Shown one piece after another: positions 26,221 through 32,000 of a DNA stretch of 32,000 bases. A model generated the notes under the pieces. That model was not told where the DNA came from, did not search any database, and saw only the letters and a list, made by a program, of their open reading frames with translations. The DNA is taken from assembly GCA_030604855.1 (NCBI GenBank), contig JAUVVC010000001.1, positions 150,001-182,000 on the forward strand, read 5' to 3'. The stretch is from Erysipelotrichaceae bacterium. GTDB lineage: Bacteria; Bacillota_I; Bacilli_A; Erysipelotrichales; Erysipelotrichaceae. The translations under genes were made by a program, and so were the position numbers. How positions within the stretch are numbered: the first letter of the stretch is position 1; every line of letters begins with the position of its first letter.

Positions 26221-27344
26221 GTGATAATCTTAAACAATTAGCAAATGATGAATTTTTGTCTGAAGATGAAATAATGAGTCTTCTAGAGCAGAGGGATATA
26301 AACATAGCAAACAATAATCTTATTTCAAAGAGAAACTTAGAAAGTATAACAACTTTGAATGCAAGACAACAAATGTATATGAGTCTATTTAAAAAGGGAT
26401 ATTTAGTGGAATACCCTCACGGTATAGTATCGCAATATGGTGCGATAAATTTGGCTCCAACTCATTTCAGAGGAGAGAATAGAATCTTTTCGGGTCCTTG
26501 TTATTCTTCATTAGCAAGAAGGGTTGCAAAACTTACTGAGATTCAACGCAGAGCACAAATTGTTATCGCGAATCTCAGGGTAAAAGTTTTTGAGGAATTT
26601 CTTTTGCAATTGAATATGTATAGAGATTGGGATATTAGCGAAATAAATGTTGAAACAATTGCACAACATTATGGATTTAATACAAGTCATCTTGATATTA
26701 CTGATGATTTTGCGGTAGCATTATTCTTTGCATGTTGTAAAGCAAATAAGTCAGGTAAATATAGACCTTTTACTGAGAAAGACATTGAAGCTTGTGGAAA
26801 GTATGGTGTAATCTATCGCAAGAACAGACTTGGCTTAGTTAATGAAAATGGTGAAGCATATAAAGACATTGTTCAGATTGGATATCAACCATTTACACGC
26901 TGCCATCTACAAAGAGGCTATTATGTTGAGACAAATCTTGAGAAAGATTTAGTAGATTTTGATTTGATTAAAACCATTGGATTCAAGAAACAGTTATTTT
27001 TAAGAACAACAAAACTCTCAAAGTTTATTTATGAAAAAATGAATAATGGGAAAGCCATTATTGATTATGAACTTTTAGATATAGCGAGCCCAATAATTAA
27101 GAGAATAAAGAATGAGACTCGATTCACAATAAATGAATTAACCACCGTATTAAATATTTTGGGATGGAAACTTAACTCCGATGATTTTGAAGAACTTGCT
27201 AGATGCCAAATTAGTGTAGGTGATTTTAAAAGAAAGTTTAATAGGTCTATTTTAGATTCAATAAATTCAAAATGGAGTTTATCGAGATATATAGAAGATA
27301 ACAGTTTTTATCCAACGACTAGTTTAATCAAATATCCGATGTGA
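26217..27344 (+). CDS. FRG-domain protein
   Basis: IAQHYGFNTSHLDITDDFAVALFFAC (from 26661) matches the FRG-domain core (aQHyG.pT.lLD.T....vAl.FA). GGAG ribosome-binding site 8 nt upstream. ATGA overlap with the HNH gene. Confidence 0.7.
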   Translation: MSDNLKQLANDEFLSEDEIMSLLEQRDINIANNNLISKRNLESITTLNARQQMYMSLFKKGYLVEYPHGIVSQYGAINLAPTHFRGENRIFSGPCYSSLARRVAKLTEIQRRAQIVIANLRVKVFEEFLLQLNMYRDWDISEINVETIAQHYGFNTSHLDITDDFAVALFFACCKANKSGKYRPFTEKDIEACGKYGVIYRKNRLGLVNENGEAYKDIVQIGYQPFTRCHLQRGYYVETNLEKDLVDFDLIKTIGFKKQLFLRTTKLSKFIYEKMNNGKAIIDYELLDIASPIIKRIKNETRFTINELTTVLNILGWKLNSDDFEELARCQISVGDFKRKFNRSILDSINSKWSLSRYIEDNSFYPTTSLIKYPM

Positions 27345-27447
27345 ACAAAAATGGTACATTCCAATTAATGATTATTTAGAGTGAATGCGTATCTAATAAT
27401 AGTGTAGTATCTTATTCTAATCAGGAATGGAATATTTGGGGGGACGC

Positions 27448-28530
27448 ATGAGCATCATCAAAGGCATCATCAGTTTAATGACGCAAGATTTCTCAGAACC
27501 AATCATTGTTAAAGACAGTTGTGAAGCCAAGGTTACCTTAGATAACCTTTTAAGCATTTCTTCTAAACTGAATGATGAAGGTGAACAAGTTATTGAACAA
27601 GAAATCAAATTACTGCAGTCTGGAATCTATGGGGAAGACTCCATTGCGTTTGAACTGAAGAACAGCCATTTACCACTTGTGGTTTTAAGAGACTTACAGT
27701 TATCTTATGCTGGACTATCTGCTCAAATTGATTTCCTTGTACTGACTCCAAAAGTAGGAATCGTCATTGAGTGCAAGAATATGATTGGAAATATTGAAGT
27801 CAATGCCAATGGAGATTTCATACGAACGTTTTCATATGGCAAACGTTTCAAGAAAGAAGGCATCTATAGCCCAATCACCCAGAATCGACGGCACTTAGAA
27901 TTGCTTCGAAAAATAATGGTTGAGCAAAAAGGTAGTATCCTATCCAGAATCTTTTCAGATTTGCATTTTGAACAATACTTCCATCCAATAGTGGTTGTGG
28001 CGAATCCTAAATCCATCCTAAATATCAAATATGCCAAAAAAGAAGTAAAAGACAAAATCATTCGAGGAGATCAACTCATCGAGTACATCCGAAGATGTAT
28101 CATTAACTCAGACATGATTGCTCGATCTTACGACGATCTTGCAAAAATGGCTGAAATGTTTCTGGATCATCACCATGCAAAGAGAATTGATGTAGAGAAA
28201 ACGTATGGTCAATGGATAGAGAATAGTATCGTTGACGTTCCACCAGTATCTAATGTAAAAAATGAGTCTATGGGTGTAGTCAGTAAGTCGTTAAATATTG
28301 AAGAACATCCAGTTTATATCGCTTTAAAGAATTATCGGTTATTAAAGAGTCGAAGTGAGAATATCAAAGCATTTTATATCTATAGTAATAGTCAACTTGA
28401 ATCACTTGTCCAATCAATGCCTAAAAGTATCGAAGAACTACTTAAGGTAAGTGGATTCAACCAAGTGAAGTGTGAGAAGTATGGCAAAGAGATCATTGAG
28501 ATAATACTTAAAAACACTTTAGATAATTAA
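27448..28530 (+). CDS. NERD-domain nuclease with a C-terminal HRDC-like domain
   Basis: GEDSIAFELK...QIDFLVL (D at 27730-27732)...IVIECKN (ECK at 27769-27777)...SPITQNRRH is the NERD / PD-(D/E)xK pattern. The C-terminal YIALKNYRLLKSRSENIKAFYIYSNSQLESLVQSMPKSIEELLKVSGFNQVKCEKYGKEIIEII aligns well with the RecQ-type HRDC consensus. Start is ATG 27448, after a G6 tract. Confidence 0.75.
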   Translation: MSIIKGIISLMTQDFSEPIIVKDSCEAKVTLDNLLSISSKLNDEGEQVIEQEIKLLQSGIYGEDSIAFELKNSHLPLVVLRDLQLSYAGLSAQIDFLVLTPKVGIVIECKNMIGNIEVNANGDFIRTFSYGKRFKKEGIYSPITQNRRHLELLRKIMVEQKGSILSRIFSDLHFEQYFHPIVVVANPKSILNIKYAKKEVKDKIIRGDQLIEYIRRCIINSDMIARSYDDLAKMAEMFLDHHHAKRIDVEKTYGQWIENSIVDVPPVSNVKNESMGVVSKSLNIEEHPVYIALKNYRLLKSRSENIKAFYIYSNSQLESLVQSMPKSIEELLKVSGFNQVKCEKYGKEIIEIILKNTLDN

Positions 28531-28717
28531 CCTGAAGTATTATGAAACTACTTTATAAATTTGAATCAAATGAATAATTAAACAAACAAAAAAGGAGTGA
28601 CCTATAGTCCTCCTCCTTTGCCCCAACGGGGATGCCTATACAGGCCGTTTACATTAAAATTATACCACAGCATAAATCCGTTTCAATGTTAAATATCCAG
28701 AAAAGGAATACACATTC

Positions 28718-29698
28718 ATGCCCCTAACCATCATCCGTCAAGACATCACAACAATGCATGTCGATGTTATCGTCAATGCCGCAAATACACAACTCAGAAA
28801 AGGGGGTGGAGTTTGTGGTGCGATCTTCAGTGCAGCAGGTGCAGAAAACCTACAAACCGCATGTGATGCCTATGCACCTATAAAAGTTGGTGGAGCAGTC
28901 TTAACTTCTGGCTTCAAACTTCCAGCACGATACATCATTCATGCTGTGGGACCTGTCTACAAAGAAGGGAAGTCAAATGAAGAAGAATTACTATCGAATG
29001 CTTACTGGAATAGTTTGGAACTTGCGGTTAAACATGAATGTACCAGCATCGCATTCCCACTGATCTCCAGTGGAATCTATGGATATCCTAAAGATGAAGC
29101 ACTGCATGTTGCGATTAGGACGATCCGTAGCTTCCTTGAATCCCATGAATTGATGGTCTATCTTGTCTTGTTTGACAAAGCCAGCTTAAAGATCAGTCAA
29201 GAACGTTTAGGTGATATTCAAAGCTATATTGATGAAAACTATGTAGAGACCCATACTTTTGGAAGAGGTCGCTTCAATGAACCGGATCTTGTTCTGTATA
29301 AGCAAGCATCTTATACAAAACCATCAGTTAAAGACATCGAAGACTGGGTCAAATTGGTCGACCAATCCTTCTCCGAAACACTCTTGCATTGGATCGATGT
29401 CAAAGGGATGAAGGATGTGGACGTTTATAAACGTGCCAACATGGATCGTAAGTTATTCTCAAAGATACGATCCAACAAGGATTATACTCCTAATAAACGA
29501 AATGTTTTGGCTTTGTGCATTGCGATGCGACTAGGTATAGATGAAACAAATGCATTATTGGAGTGTGCAGGTTATGCACTCTCATCCAGTCAACTCTTTG
29601 ATGTGATCATACGCTATTACATTGAAAACAAGATCTATGACATTGATGAGATTAATGCCGTATTATTTCAGTATGATCAAGCTTTACTGGGTGTTTAG
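28718..29698 (+). CDS. MacroD-type macrodomain protein with a C-terminal HTH-like domain
   Basis: VNAAN (NAAN at 28775-28786), GGGVCGAIF, HAVGPVY and SSGIYGYP are the ADP-ribose-binding and hydrolase motifs. The C-terminal ~130 aa (..VYKRANMDRKLFSKIRS......NKRNVLALCIAMRLGIDETNALLECAGYALS) looks like a helix-turn-helix module. Confidence 0.8.
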   Translation: MPLTIIRQDITTMHVDVIVNAANTQLRKGGGVCGAIFSAAGAENLQTACDAYAPIKVGGAVLTSGFKLPARYIIHAVGPVYKEGKSNEEELLSNAYWNSLELAVKHECTSIAFPLISSGIYGYPKDEALHVAIRTIRSFLESHELMVYLVLFDKASLKISQERLGDIQSYIDENYVETHTFGRGRFNEPDLVLYKQASYTKPSVKDIEDWVKLVDQSFSETLLHWIDVKGMKDVDVYKRANMDRKLFSKIRSNKDYTPNKRNVLALCIAMRLGIDETNALLECAGYALSSSQLFDVIIRYYIENKIYDIDEINAVLFQYDQALLGV

Positions 29699-29721
29699 CG
29701 ATTACAGAAAGCATAATAAAA

Positions 29722-29760
29722 GGGTCTTTCGACCCAATTTGGAGATAAGAATCTCCTTTG
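29722..29760. terminator. pair of hairpins acting as a bidirectional terminator between the macro and mazF-like genes
   Basis: GGGTC-tttc-GACCC (29722-29735) has a T-run on the minus strand. GGAGAT-aaga-ATCTCC (29741-29756) is followed by TTT on the plus strand. Confidence 0.6.
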
Positions 29761-29898
29761 AAAAACTGCGTTACGCTCACGACCTAGAAATCTAGTATGA
29801 GCTAAATACTGTATCAGTAATATAACACTAACTGAAGCAATTTTCAACTCCAAAGTGTATTATGAGTAAACAATAACTAGGATAGTACTTTATCAACT

Positions 29899-30348
29899 CT
29901 AAAGTCCAAAGGACCTAAGCAAGTTGCGCTCCATCTTTTTAAGATTCTCCGGATTTACTAATCCCATGTTGAATTTTAGTCGAACTTTACTTAGTGTCCG
30001 AATATCTTCAAATTGAACAATTGAATCAAATGAGAGAAACGGATAATCCACTTTTTTCATAAGATACTGTGTTGGTAAGAGTTTGATCGTACCATCTGGT
30101 TTTTTCTTGTTTTCTGCATCAGTCATGATCGCAACAATAACGTTTGTACTTGTTAAATTGTTCTGATCGTTAGAGATTATTAAAACGGGTCTCGAATTTG
30201 ATTTTTCATGTCCAACATTTTCACCAAGTTCAGCGAAATATACGGTGCCTCTAACGATTTTACTGTTTACAAATCGATGAAAACTTTCATTTATGGATAC
30301 ACTTTTACCAAACCAATCAATCGCTTCTTTGTGTCTTGTATATGTCAT
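29899..30348 (-). CDS. MazF/PemK-family toxin-like protein with a ~30-aa N-terminal extension
   Basis: IVRGTVYFAELGENVGHEKSNSRPVLIISND aligns with the MazF/PemK N-terminal core (..GD.Y...L.P..G.E....RPVL..S.D). AGGGGTGGG ribosome-binding site. No other Met could serve as a shorter start. Confidence 0.7.
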   Translation of the reverse strand: MTYTRHKEAIDWFGKSVSINESFHRFVNSKIVRGTVYFAELGENVGHEKSNSRPVLIISNDQNNLTSTNVIVAIMTDAENKKKPDGTIKLLPTQYLMKKVDYPFLSFDSIVQFEDIRTLSKVRLKFNMGLVNPENLKKMERNLLRSFGL

Positions 30349-30368
30349 TAACCCACCCCTGTTTAATT

Positions 30369-30397
30369 ATTAAAACAATAACTCAATGGTAAGTCAA
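30369..30397 (-). promoter_or_regulatory. promoter of the mazF-like gene (minus strand)
   Basis: On the minus strand: TTGACT (30392-30397), 17-nt spacer, TTTAAT (30369-30374). Confidence 0.5.
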
Positions 30398-30503
30398 TCT
30401 AAAAATAACTAAAAAATCGATCATATTTAATGAGTCATATGTTTGTAATTTTTGTCTCAAATTATCATGAAAAACATGCACTTAGTAAATGAATTTTTCG
30501 ATA

Positions 30504-31505
30504 TTAAGACTCAGATACTCGTCCTTCTAATATCAACTCCTGCTTATCCGCATCCAGTGTCGCCAACACTCCTATCGGTAAGGTAAGCATCGGATGCGTA
30601 TGTGCACAATCAAACTCTGCGAGAATTGGAAATGTGGGTTTACCAATGACTTCCAATAACAACTCATAGGGTCTACGACCTGTACCCATGTCTTTGAACA
30701 GTTCATGCTTACCTAAGATCAAACCACCAATGCGATCGAATACACCATTGACTTTGAGATGAGCGAAGTTACGTTCCAATGTCGCAATATCTTTTAGTGA
30801 ATCCTCAATGAGCAGGATATCTCCTTGCTTGATTTCAGGCATGTATTCAGAACCCCAGATGCCACCCATGGTATTGAGATTGCCACCGATGAGTCGACCG
30901 GTATGATGACCTGAATGTACGGTGATTAATTGGTTTGTTTGTGGAAGTTTACTTCGATCTTGAAGTGACCAATCGATATACTCCTCTGTCCACTCTTTTG
31001 GAGTAGGAAGAGGATAAGGATACTTAATTTGACCCGATACAATCGCTTCAAAACTTGCGAAAGTTTCGTCCACATACGGAGGAAACTCCCCGAATGATGC
31101 GACTAAAGCAGGACCATAATAGGTCACCAAACCTGTTTTCGCATAGATGCCTAAGAGGAGTGCCGTCACATCTGAATACCCTACAAAGATCTTCGGATCT
31201 TTTTTGATGGCTTCATAATCCAAATAGGGAAGAAGTGAATTGGAGTTCATACCACCAATCATCGACATGATGCAGCGTACTTCAGGATCACGAATCAATT
31301 CGTTTAACTCTTCCACACGTTCTTGAATAGAACCAGAGCGATAGAAATCACGTTGTCCTGTTAAAGAGCCTTCCTTGATGATATAGCCCTTGGCTGATAA
31401 ATAAGCCTTGGCACGTTCAAAACGTGCTAGCGCAAAAGCACTGGCAGGTGAAGAAGGGGAATAAACAGCGATGATATCGCCTTTACGTAAGGGTTGTGCG
31501 AACAT
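30504..31505 (-). CDS. LD-carboxypeptidase / MccF-like S66 peptidase
   Basis: SPSSP near the N-terminus, GYSDVTAL (nucleophile Ser), and a C-terminal ...DCAHTHPMLTLPIG (His). Start is taken at ATG 31505 (GGAG 8 nt upstream, product MFAQPLRKGD...) rather than the ORF-track start at 31538. Confidence 0.8.
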   Translation of the reverse strand: MFAQPLRKGDIIAVYSPSSPASAFALARFERAKAYLSAKGYIIKEGSLTGQRDFYRSGSIQERVEELNELIRDPEVRCIMSMIGGMNSNSLLPYLDYEAIKKDPKIFVGYSDVTALLLGIYAKTGLVTYYGPALVASFGEFPPYVDETFASFEAIVSGQIKYPYPLPTPKEWTEEYIDWSLQDRSKLPQTNQLITVHSGHHTGRLIGGNLNTMGGIWGSEYMPEIKQGDILLIEDSLKDIATLERNFAHLKVNGVFDRIGGLILGKHELFKDMGTGRRPYELLLEVIGKPTFPILAEFDCAHTHPMLTLPIGVLATLDADKQELILEGRVSES

Positions 31506-31626
31506 ATATGGTCTCCAGATATTGAATTCATTATACAAGAAAACGTCCTAAATTAAATGTCGCTTCGCAAGCGACCTTTCAATTGTTCCCAGCGATTAAA
31601 CTATGAACATAAAGGAGCAATACATT

Positions 31627-32000
31627 ATGAAAAACAACGCTACAGAATTGGTCTTCATCTTAGACCGCAGTGGATCCATGGCAGGTTTGGAAAGGGATAC
31701 GATTGGTGGTTTCAACGCCATGCTTAAGAAACAACAAGCAATCGAAGGCGAATGCCGCATCACCACCGTCCTCTTTGATAATCAGATAAACATCCTCCAT
31801 GATCGTTTAGACATCCAAGCCATTGGATGTTTAACTGAAAAAGATTACCAAGTGGGAGGTTCCACTGCACTCTTGGATGCGATCGGCTCAACGATAAATA
31901 AGATCGGTAATGTCCAGAAGCACAGTGCTTATGAACATCGTGCATCCAAAGTCCTCTTTGTGATCATCACCGATGGCGAAGAGAACTCCAGTCGAGAATT
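31627..32000 (+). CDS. von Willebrand factor A (VWA) domain protein, 5' part (continues beyond the window)
   Basis: AAGGAG at 31611-31616. Product is MKNNATELVFILDRSGSMAG, with a DxSxS MIDAS motif, then ...GGSTALLDAIG...VIITDGEEN. The frame is open to the window end, so it is absent from the ORF track. Confidence 0.8.
   Translation, partial: MKNNATELVFILDRSGSMAGLERDTIGGFNAMLKKQQAIEGECRITTVLFDNQINILHDRLDIQAIGCLTEKDYQVGGSTALLDAIGSTINKIGNVQKHSAYEHRASKVLFVIITDGEENSSRE

Noticed and set aside
28590-28640. Imperfect hairpins (AAAGGAG...CTCCTTT and CCCC-aac-GGGG) after the NERD gene, considered as a terminator or structured RNA.
   Set aside because: They have a long 15-nt loop or a very short stem, and no convincing T-run. 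This may be a weak terminator, but it cannot be supported from sequence alone.
27448-29698. Whether the Macro protein and its upstream neighbour form a DarTG system.
   Set aside because: The upstream protein is clearly NERD plus HRDC, not a DarT (DUF4433) ADP-ribosyltransferase. No ART-fold signature was seen anywhere in the window.
29695-29847. A 50-codon TTG-initiated ORF on the minus strand downstream of the mazF-like gene, considered as a possible antitoxin.
   Set aside because: GGAG abuts the TTG with no spacer, the frame reads through both terminator hairpins (29722-29756), and the product has no antitoxin-like features.
1071-31538. The longest-ORF start codons given in the track for several genes: 1071, 3215, 3458, 4564, 12694, 14641, 25321, 27427 and 31538.
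   Set aside because: In each case an internal ATG is preceded by a properly spaced Shine-Dalgarno sequence. The longer version overlaps an upstream gene, promoter or the ribosome-binding site itself. The shorter starts are used in the feature list.
31559-31575. Hairpin GTCGCTT-cgc-AAGCGAC in the divergent region between the LD-carboxypeptidase and VWA genes.
   Set aside because: It has a 7-bp stem and no T-run on either strand. It sits between two divergent starts, so it is not a terminator, and there is no supporting evidence for a specific regulatory role.
1-32000. CRISPR arrays, tRNA or rRNA genes, IS elements, integrases, retron-type reverse transcriptases and prophage structural genes.
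   Set aside because: No regularly spaced direct repeats, no cloverleaf-like or rRNA-like segments, and no transposase, recombinase or RT motifs were found in any listed ORF or intergenic region.

Overview
Chromosomal segment from a low-GC Gram-positive-type bacterium. The guess is Bacillota, possibly Erysipelotrichia or Mollicutes-related, based on AGGAGG-type ribosome-binding sites, a T-box leader, lipoboxes and TGA used as a stop codon. The taxonomic guess is low confidence.

Positions 1-13.3 kb are mostly housekeeping genes on the + strand: pyruvate kinase 3' end, ROK kinase, M29 aminopeptidase, T-box-controlled thrS, a lipoprotein, BioY, a 7TM-GGDEF cyclase and a GLUG/Listeria-Bacteroides-repeat surface protein. 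Two small accessory inserts interrupt this stretch: an orphan RelB/DinJ-like antitoxin gene, and an AT-rich XRE-ImmA-PIN three-gene cassette at 3.5-5.1 kb.

Positions ~13.3-30.5 kb form a visibly more AT-rich accessory (defence) island with no integrase, transposase or tRNA. It contains, in order:
- an EcsC-like gene;
- a tightly packed co-directional 8-gene array, made of SNF2 helicase with a degenerate PLD-like N-terminus, DUF4391, a beta-class Type III Mod methyltransferase and a Type III Res, followed without a terminator by an orphan 310-aa protein, GIY-YIG/DUF4357, a PUA-like-HNH fusion and an FRG-domain protein;
- a NERD-HRDC nuclease gene;
- a MacroD-type macrodomain fused to an HTH-like tail;
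- a convergent solo MazF/PemK-like toxin gene with no antitoxin.

The right edge returns to core-like composition with an LD-carboxypeptidase gene and the start of a VWA protein gene.

The best candidates for an undescribed system are the four-gene multi-nuclease module at 23.5-27.3 kb, appended to the helicase-augmented Type III R-M, and the NERD-HRDC / Macro-HTH pair. All domain calls come from motif reading by eye. No searches were run.
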